NCBI GenBank assembly: GCA_018302705.1
Contig: JAGVZI010000007.1
Coordinates: 1,070-65,069, forward strand
DNA: 64,000 nt
Source: Candidatus Woesearchaeota archaeon
Lineage (GTDB): Archaea; Nanobdellota; Nanobdellia; SCGC-AAA011-G17; ARS1403
Direction: 5' to 3'
The notes beneath the pieces are model-generated. The model was not told the DNA's origin. It made no database searches and worked only from the letters and a program-made list of their open reading frames with translations. Shown in pieces: positions 17,651 to 28,127 of this stretch. The position numbers and the translations under genes were made by a program. Numbering within the stretch: position 1 is the stretch's first letter; each line of letters begins with the position of its first letter.

Positions 17651-18868
17651 ATGAAAATATGTATAGTTACTTTATTTTATAAGCCTGCTGGTGGAGGGAT
17701 CCCTAGATATGTAGATAATTTAGCAAACAGTCTGGCAAAGCTCGGAAATAAAATCGATATAATTACCGCCTCATATGACAACATAGTAAGAAAAGAAAAA
17801 AATGGAAAGATTACAGTTTATGCATTGCCATCGCTAAACATATTCAAGAAGTTAAGCAAAGAATGTATAGGTAAAAGCAAAGAATTTCTAAGGTTTATGA
17901 AGAAATACATATCCAAAAATAAGATAGATATCATTGTCGCTCAAAACTTGCATGCGGCAGTATCCTCAGTAAGCCATGTATTTGCATTAAACATGGCAGC
18001 ATTAGAAAAAAAGGTTCCTACAATACTTACAATCCATTCATTTCCAGAAGAGCCTTTTTCACAACTAAAAATATCACTAGTAAAATATCTGCCGTGGGAT
18101 CGGATTATTACCGTAAGCTCGGCAGTTGCAGAAGCATTTTACGATCAAGGATTAGAAGTTGAAAAAGTAAAGGTAATCTATCCGGGGACAGATACAAATG
18201 TGTTTAGACCAGGACTTGGGAAAAAATGGTTAAGAAGCAGGATAGAGGGCCTTAGGGAAAATGACATAGTAATATTGCATGCAAGCAGAACAAATTCTAC
18301 AGAGACCATAAAGGCTAAAGGAATACCTACACTATTAAAAGCATTTTCGATTATAGCAAATCGGTTTAAGAATACGAAGTTGTTGATTGCATCAGCATCT
18401 ACCTCGCCACCCTTTGAAAAAGAAAAAAGAAAAGCATTGGAAAATATAGAGGATATGGTTAAGATCTATAACATACAAAACAAAGTAAAAATAGCAACAT
18501 TTCAACCCGAAGAGATGCCATTGGTCTATAATGGATGTGATGTCTTCGTGCTGGCATCGGAAGTAGAAAGCTTTGGGTTAGTATATGCAGAAGCTATGGC
18601 CTGCGAGTTGCCGGTAATAGGAACTTCTGTCGGAGGTATTCCAGAAGTAATTGTAAATACACAAACAGGTTATATTATTCCCCCGAACAATCCGGTAGAA
18701 TTGTCAAAATATCTAGCTATTCTTATATCAGATGAAGAAAAAAGAAAAAAGTTCGGTAAGGAAGGAAGAAAAGTAGTCATTTCAAAATTCGAAAACAATA
18801 AAATAGCAGCAAAAAGAGTTGGAAATTATAACTCCATTTTGTATAATCACAAAAACAAAAAAGAATGA
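17651..18868 (+). CDS. Glycosyltransferase family 4 (GT-B)
   Basis: GGGIPRYV and ESFGLVYAEAMACELPVIGTSVGGIPE motifs. Confidence 0.93.
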   Translation: MKICIVTLFYKPAGGGIPRYVDNLANSLAKLGNKIDIITASYDNIVRKEKNGKITVYALPSLNIFKKLSKECIGKSKEFLRFMKKYISKNKIDIIVAQNLHAAVSSVSHVFALNMAALEKKVPTILTIHSFPEEPFSQLKISLVKYLPWDRIITVSSAVAEAFYDQGLEVEKVKVIYPGTDTNVFRPGLGKKWLRSRIEGLRENDIVILHASRTNSTETIKAKGIPTLLKAFSIIANRFKNTKLLIASASTSPPFEKEKRKALENIEDMVKIYNIQNKVKIATFQPEEMPLVYNGCDVFVLASEVESFGLVYAEAMACELPVIGTSVGGIPEVIVNTQTGYIIPPNNPVELSKYLAILISDEEKRKKFGKEGRKVVISKFENNKIAAKRVGNYNSILYNHKNKKE

Positions 18869-18922
18869 GCTAAGATCTATCATCAGCAAAAACATTATAA
18901 ATCCAATAACAATTCATTATTC

Positions 18923-20470
18923 ATGCAATCAAAGACAGAAAAAACCTTGATATCTATAGATGAAATGGCTATCTTCTGCAGAAGAAAAGGGTTCGTCTAT
19001 CCTAGTTCTGAAATTTATGGGAGCCTCTCGGGATTCTTCGATTATGGGCCTTTAGGAGTTGAGCTGAAGAATAATATAAAGCGGGAGTGGTGGAAAACAA
19101 ACGTGCAACAGAGGGAGGATATGGCAGGAATTGATGGCTCAATCATCTCGCATCAAAAAATTTGGGAAGCCTCGGGGCATTTATCAGGATTTTCAGATAT
19201 AATTCTCGAATGCAAGAAATGCAAAGAAAAAGTAAGAGGCGATGTTTTCATAGAAGACCGATTAAAGATCTCGACAGAAGGGCTAAAAGTAAAGGACATA
19301 ACCCAGATTATTAAAAAAAATAAATTAAAATGTCTGAAATGTGGGGGTGAATTCAAAGAAGCCTCTGATTTTAACTTAATGTTCCCGGTTAATATTGGAG
19401 CAAATAAAGACAAAAGCTCAATTGCATACCTAAGGGGGGAAACAGCGCAACTAATATTTGCAAATTTCAAAAAAGTAGCCGAAAATTCAAGATTAAAGCT
19501 GCCATTCGGGATAGCCCAAATAGGAAAAGCCTTCAGGAATGAAATAGCCCCTCGCAATTTTCTATTCCGCTGCAGGGAATTCGAGCAGATGGAGATAGAA
19601 TACTTTGTAAAGCCGGTGGATAATAAGTGCCCTTATATCAAAGAAGTCCTTAATCACAAAATTAAAATTCTATCGACGGAGATGCAGGAAAAAGATGAAG
19701 AAGAAAAGGAGATGACAATAAAACAAGTATTGCAAAAAAAGATAATAAAAAAAGAATGGCATGCTTATTGGCTCGCGCAAAGCAATAGATGGTTTATCAG
19801 CCTGGGCGCAAATCCGGATAATTTCAGGATAAGGCAACACAAAAGAAAGGAGTTAGCTCATTATTCTTCAGATTGCTGGGATCTCGAATATAAGTTTCCA
19901 TTTGGATTTAAAGAATTGGAGGGGATAGCAGATAGGTCAGATTATGATTTGCAGCAGCACATAAAGCATTCAGGCCAGGACTTAAGTTTATTTGACGAGG
20001 AGACAAAGCAAAAAATTATTCCCCATGTAGTTGCAGAGCCGTCATTGGGAGTTGACAGGGCATTTCTAGTTTTTATGTTCGATGCCTACGAATATGACAA
20101 GAAAAGAGAAAACATAGTGTTAAAGCTCCATCCAAAATTATCTCCGATTAAAGTTGCAGTATTCCCGTTGTTAAAAAACAAAAAAACATTGGTCAAAAAA
20201 GCAAAGGAAGTTTATGATATATTAAAAAAAGAGTTTGTCTGCGCTTACGATACTAACGGCAGCATAGGCCGGAGATATGCAAGGCAAGATGAAGCTGGAA
20301 CATTTTTAGGAGTGACAATAGATTTTGACTCATTAAAGAAAAATGACGTTACAATAAGGTCAAGAGATACAACCAGGCAGGTCAGGGTAAAAATAAAGAA
20401 TTTAAAAGAGGTAATAAAAGAATTAATCGAGGGAGAAAAGCTTTCAAAGTTTGGGAAGTATATTTATTAA
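18923..20470 (+). CDS. glyS: Glycine-tRNA ligase (archaeal/eukaryal type)
   Basis: DYGPLG, LRGETAQ, FRNEI, REFEQMEIE, SIGRRYARQDE. Confidence 0.96.
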   Translation: MQSKTEKTLISIDEMAIFCRRKGFVYPSSEIYGSLSGFFDYGPLGVELKNNIKREWWKTNVQQREDMAGIDGSIISHQKIWEASGHLSGFSDIILECKKCKEKVRGDVFIEDRLKISTEGLKVKDITQIIKKNKLKCLKCGGEFKEASDFNLMFPVNIGANKDKSSIAYLRGETAQLIFANFKKVAENSRLKLPFGIAQIGKAFRNEIAPRNFLFRCREFEQMEIEYFVKPVDNKCPYIKEVLNHKIKILSTEMQEKDEEEKEMTIKQVLQKKIIKKEWHAYWLAQSNRWFISLGANPDNFRIRQHKRKELAHYSSDCWDLEYKFPFGFKELEGIADRSDYDLQQHIKHSGQDLSLFDEETKQKIIPHVVAEPSLGVDRAFLVFMFDAYEYDKKRENIVLKLHPKLSPIKVAVFPLLKNKKTLVKKAKEVYDILKKEFVCAYDTNGSIGRRYARQDEAGTFLGVTIDFDSLKKNDVTIRSRDTTRQVRVKIKNLKEVIKELIEGEKLSKFGKYIY

Positions 20471-20533
20471 TCATGGGAAGCCAGTTAAATTTTCGATATA
20501 TTTTTAAAAAACTAATTCTACAGCAAGTTTTAA

Positions 20534-20607
20534 GGGCCTGTGGTGAAATCCGGCTATCACGTTACCTCGGCATGGTAGAATTTCGAGTTCAAATCTCGAC
20601 AGGTCCA
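20534..20607 (+). tRNA. tRNA-Ala(GGC)
   Basis: Acceptor GGGCCTG/CAGGTCC, anticodon arm TTACC-TCGGCAT-GGTAG, T arm TCGAG-TTCAAAT-CTCGA. Confidence 0.92.
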
Positions 20608-20622
20608 TAAAATGGTGATAAA

Positions 20623-21267
20623 TTGAAAATTAAAGCAATAATATTCGACGTGGATAATACATTAATAAACACAGGAAACATTTCAGCAAAAGCATACATA
20701 AGCACGGCAAAGGAATTAGGATTGAAGCAAGTTTCTATAAATAAAATAAAGTGTCTATTCGGCATTCCTTCTCATGTTATCATTAAAAAATTCTGGCCGG
20801 AAACAGGTGTTAAAAACTTTCAAGAGATAAAGCATAAAAAGATTCTTTCAAAAAAAGTAAAGCAGATTCCAGGTGCCAAAAATATCATAAGGCAACTTTA
20901 TGGCAAATATAAATTAGGATTGCTCAGTTCAAAAACAAGAGTGTTAATGTATCCCCATCTAAAACAAATTGGTCTATCAACGAACTATTTCAAGTTTATT
21001 TACTCAGCAGATGATGTTAAATTTCACAAGCCAAATCCAAAAGTTTTTTCAAAAGCATTAAACAAACTAAAATTAAAAAGAAATGAAATTTTATATGTTG
21101 GAGATTCTATTTATGATTTTATAGCAACAAAGAAAGCAAAATTAAATTTCACAGCAGTATTAACAGGGCATTACAGGAAAAAAGACTTTCAGAGATTAGG
21201 CTTAAAAAAAGAAAATATTTTAAATTCAATAAATGATCTCCCAAGATGGCTGAACAAAAATGGCTGA
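20623..21267 (+). CDS. HAD-superfamily hydrolase
   Basis: FDVDNTL, KPNP, YVGDSIYD motifs. Confidence 0.92.
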   Translation: MKIKAIIFDVDNTLINTGNISAKAYISTAKELGLKQVSINKIKCLFGIPSHVIIKKFWPETGVKNFQEIKHKKILSKKVKQIPGAKNIIRQLYGKYKLGLLSSKTRVLMYPHLKQIGLSTNYFKFIYSADDVKFHKPNPKVFSKALNKLKLKRNEILYVGDSIYDFIATKKAKLNFTAVLTGHYRKKDFQRLGLKKENILNSINDLPRWLNKNG

Positions 21268-21661
21268 CTGTATATTCTGCAAAATCGCAAAAAAAGAAAT
21301 CCCCTCAGATATAGTTTATGAAGATAAAAAAACAATGACTTTCTTGGATATTAATCCTATGAGCCTGGGCCATATCTTGGTTGTGCCAAAAAAGCATTAT
21401 GAAACATTCGATGAATTAGACCAAGAAAATTTAAAAGAATTATCATTAACGCTGCAAAAAGTCGCAAAAGCAGTTAAGAAAATTGCAGACGGTTACACTC
21501 TTCTCCAGAATAACATTGTAGAACAAGGAGTTCCTCATGTCCATTTCCATATAGTTCCTAGAAAAAGGTCAGACAGCCTGCATTTTCACCTTCCATCTCA
21601 AAAATTCTCGCAGCAAGAAACAAACAAAATAAAAGACAGAATCAAAACCCTTTTAAAATAA
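21260..21661 (+). CDS. HIT family nucleotide hydrolase
   Basis: DCIFCKI and PHVHFHIVPR histidine triad. Confidence 0.95.
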   Translation: MADCIFCKIAKKEIPSDIVYEDKKTMTFLDINPMSLGHILVVPKKHYETFDELDQENLKELSLTLQKVAKAVKKIADGYTLLQNNIVEQGVPHVHFHIVPRKRSDSLHFHLPSQKFSQQETNKIKDRIKTLLK

Positions 21662-21682
21662 GTTTTCTAAAATTATCTCTGA

Positions 21683-21756
21683 GGCGCCTTGGCTCAATCT
21701 GGAAGAGCAATGGTCTCATGATCCATAGGTTCGGGGTTCAAATCCCCGAGGCGCCA
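21683..21756 (+). tRNA. tRNA with CAT anticodon, probably elongator Met (Ile2 not excluded)
   Basis: Acceptor GGCGCCT/AGGCGCC, D stem GCTC/GAGC, T31-T39 mismatch; lacks initiator A1-T72 and 3 G-C pairs. Confidence 0.88.
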
Positions 21757-23466
21757 TTATCTATTCTTCTCAACTTCAGGATGATTATGTCCCAGTTCTT
21801 TCCTTTTTTTCAGGTGGTTAATGTGCTTCTTTTTCTCTTCATCGAATCTTTCAAGATTAAACCCATATCTGTCTATCATCATGGAAGCATACTTGCCCCC
21901 GAGGAAATGGGGCATAATTACATAGTTTGCTCCCTTAGAATAAAGCTTATACGCATCATCGATGTGATGTGAAACGCACATGATAACAGCCTTCTTGTTA
22001 ACTTTCCTTATGGCACCGATCAAGAGGGTATTGGTTTCAAAATCAGGAATTGTGGAAATGCACATCTTAGCATCTTTCAAATTTAACTGTTCAAGAAATT
22101 CAATGTCCTCAACATCCCCATATTCACATTCAATTTTCTCTTTTAGCAGATTAGAAATAACTTCAGGGTTATAATCGACAACCAAAAATTTTTTCCTTAA
22201 CTTTTTGAAAGAATTGACGAAGTCAAACCCGATTCTGTTGTATCCAAAAAGTATGACGTCGTAACTCTTCATTTTTTTGTCTTTTTTCACACTCTTTCTT
22301 TCGAATATTGAAAGATATTTTTCAAGCAGCGGATAAATCTTATCAGAGTAAAGTATTAGATAAGTAGAGCCAATTATAGTTGCAAGGCCAATAACAGTAA
22401 CCAGAGATAATATTTCTTTGGTAAGGTGTCCGACATTAACCCCAAGCGCAATCAATATAAGGGAAAATTCACTAATCTGTGCCACGGTAAACCCTGCCTG
22501 CAACCCGGTCTTTTTTGTATACCCCAACGCCCCCATTAATATCATGACTATAAGGGGATTCCCAACCAGAATAAACAAGGAAAATACTATTGTAGGCACT
22601 AAAAACCTGCTGAAATTATCAAAGATTAATTGTGATCCTAGCACTATAAAAAACAGGACTATAAAGAAATCCCTCAGGGGTTTCATTTTTGAGCTGATCT
22701 CATTGTTATAAGGAGAAAGCGAGAGGGTAATCCCGGCAAGCAACGCTCCTATCTCAAGAGACAATCCAACCAAATAAAATAAGCTTGCCAATCCCAAACC
22801 CCATGCAACAGAAAACATGAACAACAGTTCCTGCGATCTTGCAAAAAAGAATCCAAGTTTTGGCAGAACATACAAGCTAATCAAGACCAGCAATAAAACG
22901 ATCAACCCACCCTTAATCAAAAGTAGCAATATCGAATTCAATGCCTGATTAGGTCCTGAAAAAGAAGAAACAACAATCAAGATAAAGACGGCAATAAGGT
23001 CCTGGACTAATAAGAAGCCGATGGAAATTTTTCCATAGAGCTTGTCAAGATCACCTTTGTCAGAAAGCAGTTTCATGATGATAATAGTGCTGCTGAAAGT
23101 AAGGGCAACTGCAATGTACAAAGAGGTTATCGTATCAAACCCAAAAACTCTTGCAATAAAAAACCCTATTAAAGAGGTAAACACAACTTGCCCAACTCCC
23201 GTTATTAATGACGCCTTGCCGACTTCTTTAATGACTTTGGGATTCAAACTCAAGCCAACAATAAACAAGAGGAATGCAACACCAATCTGTGAAAAAACAA
23301 CAAGCATATCCTGGGATTTTATCAGGTTCAAAAAAAATGGGCTGACAATGATACCAGTAAGAATGTATCCGATGATAGTAGGCTGTTTGAGAATTTTCAT
23401 GATAGCAGCAAACACGGCAGCAAGCACTAAGATAATGCTAATCTCAATGAAAATATTCGAAGCCAC
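21757..23466 (-). CDS. CPA2/Kef-type cation:proton antiporter with TrkA-N domain
   Basis: About 12 TM helices, LLVQDL, AQISEFSL, ILFGYNRIG; GTG start after SD GAAGGTGA. Confidence 0.92.
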   Translation of the reverse strand: MASNIFIEISIILVLAAVFAAIMKILKQPTIIGYILTGIIVSPFFLNLIKSQDMLVVFSQIGVAFLLFIVGLSLNPKVIKEVGKASLITGVGQVVFTSLIGFFIARVFGFDTITSLYIAVALTFSSTIIIMKLLSDKGDLDKLYGKISIGFLLVQDLIAVFILIVVSSFSGPNQALNSILLLLIKGGLIVLLLVLISLYVLPKLGFFFARSQELLFMFSVAWGLGLASLFYLVGLSLEIGALLAGITLSLSPYNNEISSKMKPLRDFFIVLFFIVLGSQLIFDNFSRFLVPTIVFSLFILVGNPLIVMILMGALGYTKKTGLQAGFTVAQISEFSLILIALGVNVGHLTKEILSLVTVIGLATIIGSTYLILYSDKIYPLLEKYLSIFERKSVKKDKKMKSYDVILFGYNRIGFDFVNSFKKLRKKFLVVDYNPEVISNLLKEKIECEYGDVEDIEFLEQLNLKDAKMCISTIPDFETNTLLIGAIRKVNKKAVIMCVSHHIDDAYKLYSKGANYVIMPHFLGGKYASMMIDRYGFNLERFDEEKKKHINHLKKRKELGHNHPEVEKNR

Positions 23467-23539
23467 AATATCACCTTCCAATAAAACATATTAAAGAATA
23501 TTTAAAGGTTTTTAAGAAAAAATAAAAGGAAAAAAGAAA

Positions 23540-23890
23540 TTAAGTTTTGCGGATTAATTTTATCTCTATAAAGCTCACTCTGATGTTTCTCCCTTCCTTG
23601 TTCTGGAATTCTTCGCTTCCTATCTCTATTCCATTCTGAGCTAGATCAATCTGCCCTTCCAAGAATCTTTTCCTGGCAACTTCAACCACGTCTATCGCCC
23701 TGCTTGCAAATCTTCCCCTAGCTTTCACTACAACTTCGTCTGCTCCTTGGGTGGTAAACTGCATGACCACACCCGTCACATAATTCATAAAAGGTTTGTT
23801 ACCGATGAACACCACATGGTCTGCAAGTCTCTCCCTATGCTCTGGTTTATGCTCGGATTCAAATCGCTCTTCTTTCCTATCTTCACTCAT
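23540..23890 (-). CDS. albA: DNA/RNA-binding protein Alba
   Basis: VFIGNKPFMNYV, KARGRFASRAIDV, VSFIEI; charged N-terminal extension. Confidence 0.93.
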   Translation of the reverse strand: MSEDRKEERFESEHKPEHRERLADHVVFIGNKPFMNYVTGVVMQFTTQGADEVVVKARGRFASRAIDVVEVARKRFLEGQIDLAQNGIEIGSEEFQNKEGRNIRVSFIEIKLIRKT

Positions 23891-23949
23891 TTTCTGTGCC
23901 TCCTGTAATTCTTGTTTTCCTTATTCTCATCTATAAACCCAGATGAATA

Positions 23950-24147
23950 TCATTTCCTTACTTCTTGCTGTCTAACTAATCTGCTTAAATATCCTGCAAT
24001 CACATTCCTTAATTTCTTCGAATTTATCTCAGTAACTCCCATTAACAAGGTTTTATTTTCAGAAAAATCTTTCTTGAAAGTTTCTGGATGCTCCTTCATT
24101 AATCTCAAAGCAGCCCTCTTCGCCAATTGAGTTTTAACTCTCCCCAT
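23950..24147 (-). CDS. rps17e: 30S ribosomal protein S17e
   Basis: MGRVKT, DFSENK, SKKLRNVIAGY. Confidence 0.95.
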   Translation of the reverse strand: MGRVKTQLAKRAALRLMKEHPETFKKDFSENKTLLMGVTEINSKKLRNVIAGYLSRLVRQQEVRK

Positions 24148-24179
24148 AGTTTGATTGCTGAAAACATAATTTATAAAAC

Positions 24180-25262
24180 TTACGCCACCTCAAAAACATA
24201 AATCACTCTATCCAAGAATCTCCCTTTAGATACAATTGGCAGCTTTACTCTTTTATCCGCGGCAAATAATCTAAACCCGCTCTGGCTTATTACATTTTCA
24301 ACATTAACATCTCTGTATCCATTATTATATTTCAACCTGGGCAGGACAATAGCAACTTTTCCTTTTTTCCTCATAACCTGTCTTAATCCCAAAAAGAAAT
24401 CAGAATATAAATTCTCCAGGGTTTTAACAACGCTATTCACTTCCTCTCTGCTGGGTATCTTTCTATAATAAGGGCCCAGATCAGGCTCTGTTGCAACTGC
24501 ATGAACCTCATTCCTCCCAAAATACCTCGCTAATTTCCCGCTATCGCCTTTAATAATCCTAAAATTATTCTTCAAATTATATTTATCCTTCAGCCAATTC
24601 AAGTTCTCCCTGCTTGCCTCTACGCTCTCATTATCAATGTCAACACCGATTACATCAATTCCAGAAATCATCGCTTCCTGTAATATCGTCCCAACGCCGC
24701 AAAACGGATCAAGCAGATTATATCTTGCATAGCTCAAGTTCATCAAGATCCTCGCAAGCCTCAAGCTTACCTGATGTAATAATACCTGCCTCGGCCTTGT
24801 TTCATCTCTCTCCTTGTAATCTCTTGGATTAAAAACCGCAATTGTCCTCGCAAAATACTTCCCATAAACAATGAACTCTATTAAATCCTTCGCAAATATT
24901 TCGCTGGGCATAAAAACTTCCCCCCTTGCTTTTCTAAAAACAGCTTTAACTTTTTCTTTCTTAAATTCTTTTTCTAGATAACTCTTCAATTTATCTCCGT
25001 CTCCTGAATAAACGCTAATCCCGTAATTTAGTTTATTTTCAGTGCCTTTATACTTATAATCGAGAAAAATTTCGCATATCTTGACCGTGCCACCAAGTTT
25101 TTTAATCAGCAGCCCAAAATCCAAATCCTCCAGTAAAAAAATCGCAATCTCATTTCTCCACTCAACTAATTTATAATTAACATCATGGCTCTGAAAATAA
25201 CTTATAACCTCTAAGAAGCTAAGCTCGGGTTCTCTTCCAAAAACAAAAATATACTCTCTCAT
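24180..25262 (-). CDS. THUMP-domain tRNA guanine N2-methyltransferase (Trm11/Trm14-like)
   Basis: LLDPFCGVGTILQEA SAM-binding motif; ATEPDLGP; N-terminal THUMP-like region. Confidence 0.8.
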   Translation of the reverse strand: MREYIFVFGREPELSFLEVISYFQSHDVNYKLVEWRNEIAIFLLEDLDFGLLIKKLGGTVKICEIFLDYKYKGTENKLNYGISVYSGDGDKLKSYLEKEFKKEKVKAVFRKARGEVFMPSEIFAKDLIEFIVYGKYFARTIAVFNPRDYKERDETRPRQVLLHQVSLRLARILMNLSYARYNLLDPFCGVGTILQEAMISGIDVIGVDIDNESVEASRENLNWLKDKYNLKNNFRIIKGDSGKLARYFGRNEVHAVATEPDLGPYYRKIPSREEVNSVVKTLENLYSDFFLGLRQVMRKKGKVAIVLPRLKYNNGYRDVNVENVISQSGFRLFAADKRVKLPIVSKGRFLDRVIYVFEVA

Positions 25263-25636
25263 TTTACAAATTCAACATTCTCCATATTTTTAAAAGCATT
25301 ATCGCCAGTTAGGAATTTAACACCGAATCTTAATGCAATAACATATCCAATGCAGTCGGCAAAACTTGGCTTCTGAAATTTATCTTGATTTCGCATCTGA
25401 ATTCTCAATTTCACACCTTTTTTAATGTCATCATCAACTACAGGAACACAATATTTTTTGAAAAGAGAAAAGTAAAAATTCGCTTTTTCTTCTCCAAGTT
25501 CTGAGAACCAAGAGTGATAGCATTCAATAAGATTTAGGAATGTAAATATCCCTTCGGTATAAATATATGGTTTGTAATTTTCACTTCCCTTTGTAAGTTC
25601 GATAAGAGCATAGCTATCAAAATAATAGCCTACCAT
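25259..25636 (-). CDS. vapC: PIN-domain toxin VapC
   Basis: YYFDSYALIE, SFADCIGY, LTGD motifs. Confidence 0.9.
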   Translation of the reverse strand: MVGYYFDSYALIELTKGSENYKPYIYTEGIFTFLNLIECYHSWFSELGEEKANFYFSLFKKYCVPVVDDDIKKGVKLRIQMRNQDKFQKPSFADCIGYVIALRFGVKFLTGDNAFKNMENVEFVK

Positions 25637-25845
25637 CCTTCTCTCATCTCATCCTTTAATTGTTGTGTGGATTTTTTAAAATGGGCTGTTCCAAAAATTT
25701 TCTCAAAATCAACTTTTTTAGGCTCTGGAATAAATATTTCGATCGTACTCCCTTCTTTAAGTTTATTTTTTTTAACAATTTCATTTGGAAGAACAACACC
25801 AAAAGAATTCCCCCATTTCCTTATCTTCAATTCAACTTCTAACAT
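25630..25845 (-). CDS. vapB: AbrB/MazE-type antitoxin
   Basis: RKWGNSFGVVLP motif; overlaps vapC start. Confidence 0.9.
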   Translation of the reverse strand: MLEVELKIRKWGNSFGVVLPNEIVKKNKLKEGSTIEIFIPEPKKVDFEKIFGTAHFKKSTQQLKDEMREGW

Positions 25846-25846
25846 T

Positions 25847-26752
25847 TTACCAAATTATACTTAAGTCAGCCTCATTAATTTTGCCTTTGTTTTTATACTT
25901 CAAAAAGAAAACCCCCTTGCCTAGATCTGTATTAATGCCAGCAACGTAATTCATTTCTTTATTTTTTTTAATAATCTTCCAATCCAAAACATCAACTTGG
26001 TTATCTATAAAGAAGTTCCCTATGGGATCATAGCTCTCTTTGATCTTCCCTTCCTTAATCTTTTCCTCTTTAATTTTTATTTTTTCTTCCTTGGGTTTTT
26101 CAGTTTCAGCTTTGATTTCAGTTTTTACTTCAGTTTTGATTTCGGGTTTAACTTGGGTTTTTATTTCTTTTTTCAATTCCTGCTCATAAATCTGTCCTAA
26201 TTTAGTCTGCTCCTCTTTTGCTTTTTCAGCATCATCAGCCTTAACCTGCATTTCAGGGATTTTAGCTTCCTCTCTGCTTTCAACCTCCGGAAATTTCATC
26301 TCGAGGTATTTTCCAATCAAAGTATTAACGTCTTCATCAGTGCTCAAATACCATTTCCAAAACAAATCAGTCTCGTTATTCACAGTTACCTTGACAGGCA
26401 CAGCAAAGTCTTTCATCTGCCTCAGGCCAAATCTCTTTAGATTATCCAAATCCCTGTCCCTCAAGATTTTCTCTTTTCTCAAAAGCTCGGCAGTTTCCAT
26501 ATCCTTCTGATTCAAGTATTTCATCAAATTTTGAAGCTTATCCTCTTGCCCCTGCACATAATAAAAAGGGCTCCCGCCTAACTTGACGCTTGTAAGCATT
26601 AGAGATTTATTGTCGACAAGCTCGGATAAAATAGCAGAAGCAAAAGTAATGCTCAATTCAAGTTTCTTGGCGATGGTTACAGGCAATAATGGCCCATATG
26701 CTTTAACAATACCAACAACTTTGTCTCTTTTAGCAGTCAAGCTTTCAGCCAT
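25847..26752 (-). CDS. Conserved hypothetical protein with N-terminal winged helix
   Basis: GPLLPVTIAK, SAILSEL, GGSPFYY; Lys/Glu-rich linker; C-terminus may be truncated. Confidence 0.7.
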   Translation of the reverse strand: MAESLTAKRDKVVGIVKAYGPLLPVTIAKKLELSITFASAILSELVDNKSLMLTSVKLGGSPFYYVQGQEDKLQNLMKYLNQKDMETAELLRKEKILRDRDLDNLKRFGLRQMKDFAVPVKVTVNNETDLFWKWYLSTDEDVNTLIGKYLEMKFPEVESREEAKIPEMQVKADDAEKAKEEQTKLGQIYEQELKKEIKTQVKPEIKTEVKTEIKAETEKPKEEKIKIKEEKIKEGKIKESYDPIGNFFIDNQVDVLDWKIIKKNKEMNYVAGINTDLGKGVFFLKYKNKGKINEADLSIIW

Positions 26753-26802
26753 AAAAAAATAAAATGAAGAAGAGTTTATAAAAATTTATAGCTTCAAGAT
26801 AA

Positions 26803-27828
26803 TTAACCCCTGTAAATCTCGCTAACGCCCTCGCCATGATGAATCTTCTGAATCACTCTTGCAAACAGCCCGGCAACAGAAATCTCCTCCAGCCATTTAT
26901 TTCTCTGCAAAAAATCTTTACAATGAAAAACACTATCGCTGCACCAAACCTTATCAATCAGTCTGCTATTATAAGCACCTGTTAATTTTTCCTCAGCATC
27001 CCCGCTGAATATCCCATGGGCAGCAGCAACAGTAATATTATTTGCCCCTTTATTCTTCGCAGCTTCAGCAGCCTTAAGAATAGACCCTCCAGTGTCAATC
27101 ATGTCCTCGATAATCATCACATTTTTTCCATCAACATTACCTACAATATCAACGCTCTCAACTTCTTTTTTATCCTCGGTATAAGACTTGACCTTGTTCC
27201 CAAAAGCCAGCCCACTCCCAATAACTTTTTTATGATAGTGCTTAGCTCTCTCTCCGCCGCCAGCATCAGTAGAAGTGAAAACAAAATCCCCAAAATCAGT
27301 CCCATAAAATCCTTTAAATCTATCAAGGAAAACATAGGAAGCATACAAGGCCTCAACAGGAATATCAAAATAGCCTCAGATCTGATCAGAATGTAGTTCA
27401 AGAGTCATAAATCTCGTCGCTCCAGCAGCCTCAAGCATCTCCGCCATTAATTTGGCAGTAAAAGGCTCTCCTCTCTCCCATAGTTTATCCTGCCTGGAAT
27501 AAGGCATCAGGGGCATAACCGCAGTTATAGAGCCGGCGCTTGCATGATGCATCCCATCGACAAACCTGCATAATTCCATAAAGTTGTCATCAACAGAAGT
27601 CCTCAAATCAGAATCTCTCGTTCCTGACTGGAATATATAAACATCAGCTCCCCTCACACTCCTCTCTATACCATGCTGTTTATTCTCTCCGCATTCAAAT
27701 TGCTTAAACAAATAAGGCTCCAGCCCTCCATCTCGAATGCATTTCATCCCAATCAATTCTCTAGAAACTCTATCACCAAAATATCTTCCTGCTCTACAAA
27801 CAAATAACCTCATTTCCCCCCTTGGCAT
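26803..27828 (-). pseudogene. prs: Ribose-phosphate pyrophosphokinase with one in-frame TGA at 27378-27376
   Basis: Both ORF halves share a frame: LHSDQI*GYFDIPVEALYAS; YSRQDK, DAGGGERA and IIEDMIDTGGS motifs. Confidence 0.9.
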
Positions 27829-28127
27829 AAAATAAGAAAAAACTAAGGATATATAAGAATTTATAGAGTGTAAAATAACTAAACAATTTCAAACTCATAG
27901 CTGTCTTCGAAAATAGAATTTGTAGATGTTAGAAAAACTGTTGAACTGCACATTGATTTTATTTTTAATAAAATTTGACAAGAGGTAAAAATAGCAAAAA
28001 CAATAACAACAATATGAAACCTCTTTTTATAAACATACCATCTCAATAGTATAACTTATATTTAAATCATACTCTGTATTTTTTCAAAGAGTTAATTTAA
28101 GTAATAAAACCTTGGATTCAAATGAAT

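Noticed and set aside
27376-27378. Genome-wide TGA reassignment (code 4 or 25) or selenocysteine
   Set aside because: cdc6, spt5, rpoP, the HAD gene and many ATGA-coupled genes end at TGA at the expected length; the Prs position is not a catalytic Cys site and no Sec machinery is visible
27850-28040. Short signal-peptide-like ORF (MFIKRGFILLLLFLLFLPLVKFY) and following fragment
   Set aside because: Only about 23 codons with no continuation; at most a decayed relic
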